Below are positions 36,696 to 49,100 of a DNA stretch of 64,000 nucleotides, piece by piece. Positions within the stretch are counted from its first letter, which is position 1. Each line of letters opens with the position of its first letter. Below the pieces are notes generated by a model. That model did not search any database, was not told where the DNA came from, and was given only the letters and a program-made list of their open reading frames with translations. The translations under genes were made by a program, and so were the position numbers. This stretch comes from Pelomyxa schiedti (Eukaryota > Protista > Evosea), in NCBI GenBank assembly GCA_020536535.1, contig JAHLWZ010000185.1:44347-108346 (forward strand). Reading direction: 5' to 3'.

Positions 36696-37552
36696 TTGCA
36701 TCGTCTTTACTACCCTTTTTTTTTGTGTTTGATGTCTTTTTGTCCACGAAAATCCAAAGCAAAAAACTTCTCGAATTTTGCAGAACATTGTTGGGTTGTA
36801 ACATCCCATTACTACGTTTCAGTGCCAACACCCTCTCTCTTCCCTCTGAAGTGTGTTACATATTTTGGAAGCAAGTCAAGGTTCTCATGTTCAAAGGTAA
36901 CAATTCCAGTTGTCATTTCGTTCACACTCCTGGATCACAGAAATATTTTCGGGGGCATCATAGTGTACAATCCACCAGTGTCGTGGATTGTACACTATGA
37001 TGCCCCCGAAAATATTTTGGTGATCCAGGAGCGTGAACGAATCAAGACCATGACAACTGGAATTGTTACCTTTCGCCCACAGAACTGCAAGGTATTTTCA
37101 TTGACCTTTCTTCCCACAATTAAGCCAATATAGGTTCCATCTTTGTTGCAATGCATTGACAACCAAGTTCAGTGTCATCAAAAGAAAGTTCAGTGTAATC
37201 AGGAAATGAAGGCTTATATAGAACAGAGCTCCAGGAATTTGGCTGAACTGGTTGCCCTCAGTTTGTTGCAGCCCTGTTGTTTTTTGGCACTAATGTTTCA
37301 AAGGGGAATCACACCAAGAGTTGCAAGCAAAACATGATGCCTTGCAGACACAACTTCAAAGTAGTTTTCAAGAAACTCAGACAGCTCCACCAAAAAACCA
37401 GTGACAAGCTAGTGATCGCTGAAACCAATTTGGCCCTAGCTGGGGATGAGCTCAATAAGAGGCAGTGTGAATTGAGGATTCTGAAGAAAGGTTTGCTTGT
37501 ACATAAAGTGGTGACTGTTTAACCTTACCTTTTAGACCCGAAAGAGACATAG
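36696..37552 (+). CDS. Hypothetical protein with C-terminal coiled-coil; start uncertain
   Basis: ORFs 36696, 37143 and 37277 can be linked by short GT-AG introns. No family motif was recognised. Confidence 0.45.
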
Positions 37553-37620
37553 GATGCTTTGAAAACAAAAACCCTGTTCTTGTGATTAAATTCTTTCCTT
37601 AGCAAATCACATTTTTTTTT

Positions 37621-38116
37621 TTAATAGAAAGGGGGAATACAGGAGTTCCACAGTTGTTGCTCGAAGTCCTTTGGGTATTCATCAACAGCAGGATATCCTT
37701 TTGCAGACCTGACGAAATGGAACATGTAGTCGATGGTGATTGCTTCGAAGTTGGCGTTCGAAATGTTCCCGTTCTACAGTGTGCTTAAGGGAAATATTCT
37801 CTGCATCGCCGTGATGTTGTGAAACTTCGTGGGGCCTCGGGCGCAGTAGTGTCACATTGCCGATTGTACATGATATGTAATACACGTGCGTATCGCATAA
37901 TTCCCCCTGCTGGTAAGGAACAAGCCACGGTAGCAGCAAGTGCCACACCAACGGCACCACTACAAAGCCCGTGGTCACTTTGGTTAGTGCAGGACAGATT
38001 TCCTGTGCCAAATGGCTTTTCCGAATATGCTGGTTGTATTGAAGGGGTATCCCCCCTGTTTCTGTGTTTGGAGTAGAGTCGGTTGATCTGGCTGAGTCGA
38101 ATTTCAACGCCATCAT
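37621..38116 (-). CDS. Hypothetical protein, 2 exons
   Basis: The ORF from 38116 splices (GAA|gtttca…ctgtag|AAC) to an exon NGNISNANF…CIPPFY*. Confidence 0.45.
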
Positions 38117-38242
38117 CAGATGTTTCGGTTTTTCATTTAGAATTTAAATATTTATAAACCAGCAACGGCTGGTGAAGAGACGGGCGTGTGAAGTCTATTG
38201 ATTTGTATCCGAAGACACTGATCACGATTTGAGTGTTGACAC

Positions 38243-41200
38243 ATGCCTCCAAAGTCAGGACAGGAGGCACTACTGAGTTGGTGCAAAAAGTGCACTGAGG
38301 GCTATAAAGATGGTGTGCGTGTCGGCTCATGATTTTTCGCGTTTTTCTTTTGCTTGTCTGACCAATTCACATTGGGCAGTCAATGTAGCGAACTTTCACA
38401 TGTCTTGGAAAGACGGTAGGGTGATTTTAGATATCTTTCTGTATAAATTTGTGAATTCGCACCCATCCGGGCTTGTTTAATGTTTTATTCTTCTCCTTAG
38501 GGCTTGCTTTTTGTGCAATGATACATCACTACCATCCAGAGGCTATGAATTTTTCTGCACTGAGAAAAGAAAATATTGCCNNNNNNNNNNNNNNNNNNNN
38601 NNNNNNNNNNNNNNNNNNNNNNNNNNNNNNNNNNNNNNNNNNNNNNNNNNNNNNNNNNNNNNNNNNNNNNNNNNNNNNNNCACCCATCCGGGCTTGTTTA
38701 ATGTTTTATTCTTCTCCTTAGGGCTTGCTTTTTGTGCAATGATACATCACTACCATCCAGAGGCTATGAATTTTTCTGCACTGAGAAAAGAAAATATTGC
38801 CGAAAATAATCGAGTAAGTAAGAAGTACTTATCAATGCCAGCCTAATAAAACACCGAGATTGCATTCGAAACGGGAGAAAGGCTTGGAATTCCAGCATTA
38901 CTCGATGTAGAAGGTCCTTTTTTCATGCCATGACTACATCACTGAAATACATGACCAGATATGGTGGACTTGCCAAAACCTGAACAGTTTTCTATTATGA
39001 CATACTTGAGCCAATTTTATCACAAATTTGAAAAGGAAGAAGGAGGGCGTGGTGCAGGAGGAGGTGGAATTGCCTCAATAAGATATGATGATGGTATGCT
39101 AGCACACTCTCAAATTAAAACTTATTAATGCCAAATATTTTCATAGGGCCCCCAAAGAGTGCCGCCACACCCCCACCAGCACAGCAACTGAGTCTCCAAC
39201 AGCGGCAACAAGCACAGCAGCTCCAGCAACAACAATTACAGGAGGAACACCGAAGACAAGAACAAGAACGCTTACAAAAAGAAAGGGAACTGCAGGAAAG
39301 ACAAAGGCATTCCAACTTTTTTTTAATCTCATATATTTATCTATACCAGGGCAGCAACTTCTCCAATCGCTGCCTCCAAATGTGCAAAATGTGGGTTGGA
39401 CTTGTCAGGTGAGGTGGTGGAAGCAGGGGACAAACTGTTCCATGCAAACTGCTTCAAGTGCTTCTCTTGCAGTCGTGTTTTGGCTGCTAGATTTGTTAAT
39501 ATCGCTGGACATATCTACTGTGACAAGTATTTCTTTGTCTGCAATTATTTCCCCTAATCTCCAAACAGTTGTGGAAAGGTTGTCTATGCCAAAACAATGG
39601 TTGAGAGAAGAAGAGCTTCTCAAGCACATATCCAAAAGCCTCCTTCCACTCCAACTTCTGCAGCAGGCGCGACGTTACTTCCTCCATCAGTTGGAAATGA
39701 TGAGGCTGCAATGAGGAAGGAAAGAGAGGAACGAGAGGCTAAAGAAAAGAGGGACAGAGAGGAAAAAGAGGCACACGAAAAAGCAGAAAGAGAAGCAAAG
39801 GAGAAGAGGGATAGAGAAGAAAGGGAGAAAAAAGAAAGGGAAGCAAAGGAAGAACAAGAAAGGAAACAACGATTAGAGAAAGAGAGGCTAGATCTGGAGA
39901 GAAAGAACCGAGAAGAGCATGAAAGAAAACAACGGGAAGAGCAAGAGAAAAAGCTGAGGGAAGAACAAGAAAGAAAACAGCGAGAAGAAAAAGAAAGACT
40001 GGAGCGAGAACGACTAGAAAAGGAGAAAGCTCGCAAAGAACAGGAGGAAAAGGAACGAAGTGAACGTGAAGAGAATGAAAGACGTCAACGTGAGGAAAGA
40101 GAAAAGAGAGAACGCGAAGAAAGAGAAAAAAGAGAACGCGAGGAGCGGGAGAAACGAGAACGTGAAGAAAGAGAAAAAAGAGCCCGTGAAGAGCGAGAGA
40201 AGAGGGAACGTGAAGAAAGGGAAAAAAGAGAACGTGAAAGGAAGGAGCGCGAAAGAAAGGAACGTGAGGAGGCAGAAAAAATAGAGCGAGAGGAGAGNNN
40301 NNNNNNNNNNNNNNNNNNNNNNNNNNNNNNNNNNNNNNNNNNNNNNNNNNNNNNNNNNNNNNNNNNNNNNNNNNNNNNNNNNNNNNNNNNNNNNNNNAGA
40401 ACCGAGAAGAGCATGAAAGAAAACAACGGGAAGAGCAAGAGAAAAAGCTGAGGGAAGAACAAGAAAGAAAACAGCGAGAAGAAAAAGAAAGACTGGAGCG
40501 AGAACGACTAGAAAAGGAAAAAGCTCGCAAAGAACAGGAGGAAAAGGAACGAAGAGAACGTGAAGAGAATGAAAGACGTCAACGTGAGGAAAGAGAAAAG
40601 AGAGAACGTGAGGAACGAGAAAAGAGAGAACGCGAGGAGCGGGAGAAACGAGAACGTGAAGAAAGAGAAAAAAGAGCCCGTGAAGAGCGAGAGAAGAGGG
40701 AATGTGAAGAAAGGGAAAAAAGAGAACGTGAAAGGAAGGAGCGCGAAAGAAAGGAACGTGAGGAGGTAGAAAAAAGAGAGCGAGAGGAGAGGGAAAAAAG
40801 AGAACGTGAAGAACGGGAAAGAAGGGAACGCGAGGAGAGAGAAAGAAGAGAACGTGAGGAAAGAGAAAGAATTGAACACGAGAAACAAGAACGTGAGAGA
40901 AAGGAACGAGAAGATCGTGAACGAAGAGAACGCGAAGAGAGGGAACGGAAGATAAGAGAACAGGTTGAACAAGAAAAAAGAGAACGTGAGGAAAAAATCA
41001 AGAGGATCCATGAAGAACAGGAAGCACTGAGATTGAAGCTTGTTGAAGATGAACGCAGGGATGAAGAACGACTGCAAAGGCTACGCCAAGAGCGAGAGCG
41101 ACTTCTGAAACTGCAAGCTGAGCAACTGGAGCGTGAAAAAGTGGAGAAGGAAGAAAGGGAAAAGCGAGAACGTGCAGAAAGGGAGAGGATCGAAAGAGAA

Positions 41201-43969
41201 AGGAAAGAGAAAGAAGATAGAGATAGAAGAGAAAGAGAAGAAAGAGATAGGAGAGAAAGAGAAGAAAGGCAAAGGAGAGAAAAAGAAGAAAGGGAGAAAA
41301 GAGAACGTGAGGAAAAGGAAAAAAGAGAAAGGGAAGAGAGGGAAAGGAGAGAAAAAGAACAACGAGACAGAGAGGAACGGGAAAGAAGAGAAAGAGAAGA
41401 ACAAGAGAAACGTGAAAGAGAAGAAAAAGAAAGAAGAGAAAAAGAGGAACGAGAAAGAAGAGAAAGGGAAGACAAGGAAAGAAGGGAAAAAGAGGAACGA
41501 GAGAAAAGAGAAAGGGAAGAAAGAGAAAAGAGAGAAAGAGAGGAAAGGTTAAGAAAAGAAAATGAGGAAAAAAGAGAAAGAGAAAGGAAAGCCAAGGAAG
41601 ATCTTGAGCGAAAAGAAAGAGAGGAAAAAGAACGCAATGAGAGGGAAAAGCGAGAAAGAGAAGAGAAAGAAAAGCGTGAAGAACGAGAACGCCAAGAAAG
41701 AGCACGGCAAGGATCAGTGGCACCAGTACGTTCCACAACGCAGCAGGATAGGTTACGATCATCAACTGTTGCAAGTTCATCACAGCAGAATACTGCCAAT
41801 GTAAGATCTCCCTCGCCTCCTGCGACCACAACCCAAACTCATACCCCTATTCACAATCCAACCACCACATCCACAAATATGCATAATCCCCCTACCACTA
41901 CGCAAGGTTCAAACACCTCTACCCCAGCCCATCCTGCAACGCCTACTGTGACTCATCACACTGCATCACCCACACCAAATCAATCTGGGCAGACCACGGG
42001 CGGGAATTCCCAAACTAGTCCCAGCTCTGGTGCAACTCCTCAGCATGCTCCAGCTCAAACTCCATCATCTGCACAGCCAGCTCTAGCACCTTGGCAACAA
42101 AAAGCACTTGAAGCTAAACTGCGCAACCAGCAACGAGAAAAAGAGGAGGCAGCAAAGCGGGCCCAGCTGATGAACTCCTCAGGGAGTTCAGCGAAACCTG
42201 TCTCTAATACCTCCCCCCCAGTTTCAACTGGAACTAGTAAAGCAGCTCCCACTACAACTGCTGCAGCAAGTCCAGCTTCACCAATGAGTAGTAACCGAGA
42301 ACAAGAAGCAAGGGCGCACAAAGAACGTGAAGAAAAGGAGAAAAGAGATCGGGAGGAAAAAGAAAAGAAAGAACGGGAGGAACGGGAAAAGAGGGAGAGA
42401 GAAAGAAAGGAACAGGAGGAGATGTCAAAACATGTACCTACCAGACAGGCATCTACATCACCACCTCCATCCCAAGCCACAACCCGGGCAAGAACAACCA
42501 CAACTGCCTCTCAAGCACCACCAATGAAGGCCAGTTTTTCTAATTCACCTTCATCCAGTTCAACTGCGCCAACCAGATCCGGAAGTCTCTCCAGTAGTGC
42601 TCCTTTGTCTACGGCACCAACAGGAACACGTCAAACTCCACAAGTTACACCTACACCATCATCACTATCTCGAAATACCCAAGTCTCAGCATCGGCCTCA
42701 CCCCCACCAACTAGATTCGTAACAACTGCCCCACCCAGATCAACAACACCACCTGCAACGCAATCACAAACAACTACTTCTTCACATCCAGCAACATCTT
42801 CACTCGCCAAAACCAATCCTTCGCCTCCTCCAAGTTCCCCATCCCCACATACCACAGATGCAAATACATTGGATGATGTTAGCCAGGCTGAACTGGATGA
42901 ACTTGATAAGATGTTTGATCAACTGAAGAACCACACTGTACAAGTAATATCCCAAAACTGCTGACTTACAACTGATAGGGGGACTTGAGCGAATTCCTCC
43001 CAGACAATGGAATGTCTGGTATGGTTGGGGCACTTGCTAGTGAAGCTGCCAGTGGCACTCAAGGCTATTTGTTGATGCAGGTTTTATGTTTCAAGACTAC
43101 TTTCATTTAGTAACTTCATCCAGTTGTATGGCAAGTGGCAAAAGAGGTACACAAATCATTATTTAATTTCGAGCCAAATATTTCAGATATTTTTCTTTGC
43201 AAGAAAGGCAGCTATCCTACTTCAGGGATATAAAGGCTACTGAGCCCGAAGGCTCTTTCGATTTTGCTTCCATCACTGGAATTGGTACTGCCTGTTATTT
43301 AATATTCTAGAACCTTACATCTATATTAGAGCCGATACCAGAAAAGGAGAATCACTTTCAAATTAAGAATAATGACCAAGTAGTCCTACTACAAGCAAGC
43401 ACCCAAGAAGAAATGAGGGACTGGATCCAACACCTACAAGAGAAACTCAACAAACTTGCAGCCGTCAAAGGCAAGGACACTTCCTTTGTTATGGTGAAAG
43501 GTAGCAGCAAACACACAGTAGTTGTAAAGCGTAGCCTCTATGAGGTAGCGGCCCCTATCATTATGCGTAAAACACTGACAATATAAAACAAAAAGGAGAA
43601 GAAAGGAACTCTTGATGAGCTAACAGGAAAGCTTATGAGATCCTGGAAGCCAAGAAACGTAGTAATGATTGGCGGCTTCTTGTTTGTCCATGTACCATCC
43701 CCACTCCGCGCTTCACACGGACCTTAACCTCACCTCTCCAGCCCAAGAAAGGCAAGAAGCATAAATATCCCCTGTATCATTGTACACTAGAACTTTATCA
43801 ACCCGAATCGAACAATGGCTGTGCCTTCCGGGTCACTACCACAGATGACAGAGTAACCCGTGAGGTGATTTTGCGTGCCAGTGAGGAGACAGAAATGCAC
43901 AAGTGGCTCAACACCCTCTCATTACAGAGAGCTGAGATAGAGAACGAAATAGACCACATCACCTACTAA
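38243..43969 (+). CDS. Cytoskeletal adaptor: MICAL-like CH domain, LIM domain, very long ER/K helix, S/T/P region and two PH domains; spans two gaps
   Basis: CH: ALLSWCK…[17 protein letters not shown]…GIPALLD…[13 protein letters not shown]: CAKC…[11 protein letters not shown]…YCDNC. PH-like segments: KWQKRYF…[10 protein letters not shown] and RSWKPR…EMHKWLNTL. Confidence 0.85.
38581..38680. other. Scaffold gap flanked by a duplicated 121-bp overlap (38460-38580 = 38681-38801)
   Basis: The same sequence appears on both sides of the 100 Ns, as expected for an unmerged contig overlap. Confidence 0.9.
39715..41710 (+). repeat. Purine-rich coding repeat encoding (EEREKRER)n, ER/K single-alpha-helix-like
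   Basis: The plus strand is almost purely A/G with ~24-nt periodicity, and the translation is dominated by E, R and K. Confidence 0.9.
40298..40397. other. Scaffold gap inside the ER/K repeat; ~39904-40297 is near-duplicated at ~40398-40790
   Basis: 100 Ns; the flanking copies differ by only a few substitutions. Confidence 0.85.
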
Positions 43970-44007
43970 TTATCAGAAAACCTTGTTTTTTTCAATTTTC
44001 GTTTATC

Positions 44008-46031
44008 TTAGTGGTTGTTTCCATTGTGACTAGAAGTTGTAGTTGAGGTAACTGTTGACTTAGTGTTCGTAGTGGCTTGTGCAATTTGTTTGGTTGTATT
44101 TGGCTGGTGACCAGTTGTTGGTTTGGACACTGTTATTGGTTTGGTAGTGGAATGTTTCTGCGCTGTGGGTGTGGCTGTGGATGTGGATGTGGGCTGGTGT
44201 TGTGTTGTTGATTTGATTGGTTTGCTTTGTGATGACAACCGCGGGGGTGCCGAGGCACCTGGAACAACCTTGTGATGTGCGGAACTGGGTTCCGGTTTGT
44301 GGGTGGTTGTTGGCGTCGGTTTGGTGGACGATGCCTGGTGGGTGACTGCTGACGTTGCCGGCTTTGGCTTGGTGGCAGTTGGTTGTGTGGTTGTTGTTGA
44401 GGCTGATTTGGACGTTGAGGTCGATGTGGAAGTGGAAGTCGAAGCGGAAGCAGAAGAGGAAGTGGAAGGAGAGGTGGAAGCGGGTGAATTGCTGTTATTT
44501 CCTTTGCATGTTGATGTGGGCAGAGGACAATTGTAAAGTGAACCGGGAATGTGGGGAATTGTCATTGGGAGTTCCGATGTTGAAAGTGCAAAAAGTTCCT
44601 TCACCATGGATTGTATCAGTGGCAGCTTAGCTAACCTCGAAATCCAGTGTTGTGGAATGCCTATATAGAGTCGGACAAAGGTAAATACTCTTGATTACCT
44701 TGTGAAGGACTGCAAGCATAAATCGGACCTGCCAATTGCCCATAAATAGCTCCGGCAGTGTCAGAGTCGTTGCCAAGATTGACGAGGGCTAGACATCCAG
44801 CTTGAAACGAGTCTCTATAGAGTTTGGATAAGGGGAAAGAGTCTTTTGTCTATCAAGGTCTTATTGATTACCTACGTGTGGTACAAGGCCCAGAGAGCGC
44901 TTTCCATACATTGCGTTACCGAGCCATTCCTTATCAAAGGAGGCTCACGTATCTTAAAAGAGCCATTTGCCACTGCATGAACTTTGGGTGTCAGTGGTCT
45001 CCTGAGTGGAATGAATCGTTTGGGACGGACTAGTATGTCCTACATTCCGTAATAGCCGTCGATGGGACTGAACAGTGGAGATAACAATTCTTCTTTGCTT
45101 TTTCCCACCAATGCTCCAGCAATTAAACCTCCGTAATAACGACAGCTATCAGTGCATACCGCGGAGGCGTGTGTTGTACGGGAGCTTAAAGAAGGTTATT
45201 GAACAACAAACAGGTAAAAGTTGGGAGATACCTGTCGGCTGAAATTTCAAGAGCAGCATGAGGATTCTGGAAAGAATAAAACATTGGGACTCCCGCCAGA
45301 CGCATCAGAGAGCCTGATCCTGTTTCGAGGTGGCGGAAGTTAAGCTACTAGTACTTCACTTGAAGATTACCTTCTCCTTTTGTTGAGCCACAGTAAGGAG
45401 CTTGGTGCACTGAAAATTTACTTAGGGCACTGCGAATAGAGTTTCCAATGTCAAAGCACTTGCCATTGCTACTCATAAACCCTTAAAAATGCTCAATAGA
45501 TTGAAGAAATCAAGGGTGGTTATACCTGTGTTACGCCATTTCCTGAATAGAAACAGGTGATGTTGTGGGTCGTATGTTTTCTTCTGTTTCGTTTTTGTTT
45601 TTTAAGTTCGGGAAAGAGAATGAGGCCTGAGGAGATATGAAAACCTCAATGAAGCTCTGAATAACACACAATGCCAGACTCGTGTCATCCGTCCATTGCC
45701 CAGGTAAAAGATGAAAAACTAGGTTTCCCCATTAGGGTGAAAGCCAGATCGAATAACCCATGACAAAAACGCACAGAGTTGGAATTGCTACGAACCTCCG
45801 CCGCCTACCATGTCAGTGACGGGCTCAAAAGTACCGGGAACCTTGAACTCTACGGTGGTGCCAACGGCATCACAACACGCCAATCCTGAAACCAATCAAT
45901 CAAGAGTTGTTTCTTGCCAGTCAGTGGATATTTTGGGTTACCAAGAATGCACGCCTCGAACCGTCGCGCAAACGATGTGGTGTCCGTTTTTTTTTTTCTT
46001 TCGTTTTCCGAGAAGTCCCAGTCCCTGACAT
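44008..46031 (-). CDS. ADP-ribosylglycohydrolase (DraG/ARH family) with Thr/Ser-rich C-terminal tail; 5' end has a frame problem
   Basis: [14 protein letters not shown]…DMVGGG…[38 protein letters not shown] and IPQHW. Confidence 0.88.
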
Positions 46032-46163
46032 GGCGGAAAAAAAATAATCAACAGACCGCTCAGGATCGGCGGTCTGGTGTTTTTTTTATTCAGCCACATG
46101 TTACCGTGGCTTGCTGGGTGCTGTATGCCTGTAGTTCGTGAAACGCAATAAAGCACAGAATTG

Positions 46164-49100
46164 TCAATTAATAAATGAATTGTTCCAACGAGGAGACTGA
46201 GGGCGGGGGTTAGAAGGAGGGGGAAACAGACGGGTGAAGTCCAATGTTGTGGATACAGAGTTAGGGGGTTCTTTGTAAAGTATCAGCAGCTCTTTTTCTA
46301 GTTCAGCAAGATTGCAAGTTGGGTAGGCATTGCCAGCCTCAGTAGTCTGCTGCCACATGGCACAAGCAGCATTGGTGGACCTCTGCCACATTACCGCAGT
46401 CTTGTGAATGTCCTTTCCAACACCATTGCCAGAGGCGTAACACATACCAAGGCTCCACATCGCCGCGGCATTACCAGAATCAACAGCTCTCTGGAAAAGT
46501 GTGATAGCCCTGTCCTTGTCCTCGGCAACACCATCACCCTCTTGATAGCACGTACCAAGATTGTGAATTGCGGTGGCGTCAACAGCATCAGCGGCCCTCT
46601 GCCACCATGTCACTGCTTTGTGAATATCCTTCTCAACTCCAGTGCCATTTTGGTAAAAAGTACCAAGAGTGCGCATTGCAATGGCATTACCTGCATCAGC
46701 GGCCCTCAGGTACCATGACACTGCTTTGCTCATGTCCTTGTCCACACCGTAGCCATTGGAATAACAGATAGCAATTTCGCACATAGCCTGGGCATCATCA
46801 CCGGCATCAGCGGCCCTCTGGTACAGTGACACTGCCTTGTCAATATCCTTGTCAACACCACCAAGTCCTTGCTCATAACAGATTCCCAGATGTGACATAG
46901 AGGAAGTGCCCCAGTTGATGAGTCCCGCCGTGCTCATAACGGAAGTGCTCCCAGGAAAATCAGAAATGAGTTCATACCAAACGCGTGCGGCACTTTTACT
47001 GATAGTGCTCTCTGTCAGTGAGCACAAAGTGCTCCACAAGGCGACATAGTACATACAGGTCCATGATCGTTTCTCTTGTGAGGGGGGCCAGCCTTTCAAA
47101 TCAGCTCTCATAAGAAGGTCATACCATTCAGCAAGTACATATGATTTGTTGGGCCAGGACTCCCCATTTGTTGTGAGGTTGCTGTTCAATACACGCATGC
47201 AATGAGCGCTCAGGATATCTGTGGTAGAAAGGGCACAAGAAAAAGCGGGTGACAGTTCTGTTGGTATGTGCTGATGAAGTGCAACGTGGTCATTGACAGA
47301 AGAAATGAGGCAAAACAGGAACAACAATCCAGGAAGATAATCACAATGGTATTTACGTGGTTCCTCATCTTCATTTTGGGCTTTTTGGGATTTTATTGAG
47401 TTGGAATGAAAAAATGAAGACACACACAGATGAACCTGTTCATCTCACGTTCAAACAGGGAATACGCAATGGCAACAAAGTTAAGGGCGAGGTCAATGTT
47501 TCCCACTTCCAAGTGAGCAAGCGCCTCCATCATCATTGCATTTCGTGGGTACATAACACTCCTCAAAAAACTGGCTATTGATTGCTCTGTTGGGATCTTT
47601 TTCTGAAGCAACTGATTGACTTCGTGATACCTATGAGCCTCACTGGAAATGTGCCTTGTCCAGAGTGCTGTCAAAACCAGTTCAGGGAGGGTAGCTCTAT
47701 GCTCCTTGTTGATGAAGGCTTTTGTAAACTCCATATATGTGATTTTAAATTTGAACATCTCGCTTTCTGGGGATGTGAGAAGGCCGATTTGTTTATGAAA
47801 GCCACTAGTTTGATCAACAATATAGAAAGAATGGAGATAATCTAAAAGCAGTAAAGCTGGTGGGAATGACGGCTCAAATTCCAATGCTTTGTAGAGAGTA
47901 TCAACACAGTCGTCTGCAGCACCACAAAGAATCTGACATGCTGCCTTGGCTGTCAGGGTTCCTGTGCCGGTTACTGTCAGTGAAAAAGCCGAAATTGTTG
48001 GTTTTTTCCCTCGCACCTGCATTGTTGGCTGGAGGAACATATTCGTAAAATGAGAGGAGTTCATTGGGGCTTGGTGACTCAATATTTGACAGCACCTCTG
48101 ATGCTTCCAACAGAGGCATCCTCTTTTCAGGGTCGCACTGCAATAGTGAGCGAACAAGGTCACAGAAGTCTTGTGGGAATTGTGGTGGTTTCATGGGGAA
48201 ATGTTCCCTCTCAAATGAGAATGTGATCTGACCACTTGTGCCGTATCCACCAGGATATCCTGGAAGTGGATGCTCTCCACACATTGCAAGTTCAAACAAA
48301 ATGCATCCAAGTTCAAACGATGGTTGCTGTTTTAGAAAAAAGTGGGATTTCACATTAAAGATATGAATAACATGTGGTATGGGGGTCAAGGAAGGATCCT
48401 ACTTTGTCACAACAAAACGTCGAACAACAATCGGGATTCTGTCTGTATTCCGCAATTGCATTGATGATCTCAGGTGCCCTGTGACTTTGATTTCCTTGTG
48501 CTGACATAAGAACCTCTGTTTTGGTCTCAAACGGCCTGTCGTTGCTTGTACTGGGAAATTTCATTGCGCACCCAAGATCAATCAAAATCGCCTGCTCTTT
48601 GTTCTATTGTTTTATCAGTTGTGGTGTGCATGTGAGGGATCGTTTGTTGTTTTGTCTTGTGGGAGTGTGAGAAAAGAAGAGAGAATGAAAACACACAGAG
48701 GAAATGACAATGTTGGACAGTTTGATGTCAAAGTGGATTGTGCGATTCTTGAAAAGATGGACAAGAGCGGCGCAAATATCCCTGGAATACTTGTGAACAA
48801 TGGGCCACGGTGTCGTTGGTATCGGCGCCGTTATGGTGGTTCTTATTTGTTGCGTGCGTTCTGGGGCCGTCGTATTGATGTGCTGCAAGAATTGCTCCAA
48901 TGTCTCCGAGTGGTGCTCATGAACAACCCACTCGCACGCGCGCATCCTGTCCTGCACTCCGTCGGAGCATGCTGGTGGGAGGTGGTCGTAATACTCTTGT
49001 GGGATGCAGTCTGTGAAGTGGCAGAAATATGTGTTGACATTTGGGTGTGGCGCCAGTGTCGACACCGCCGCGATGTACTCATTCTGTGAAGGAGGAAGTC

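Noticed and set aside
38133-38330. Minus-strand 65-aa ORF
   Set aside because: It is antisense to the first CH-domain exon, which has clear family motifs.
38460-38801. Apparent tandem duplication of a CH-domain exon
   Set aside because: Identical copies on either side of a 100-N gap indicate an assembly overlap.
39620-41831. Long minus-strand S/L/F/R-rich ORFs
   Set aside because: These are antisense shadows of the purine-rich ER/K repeat.
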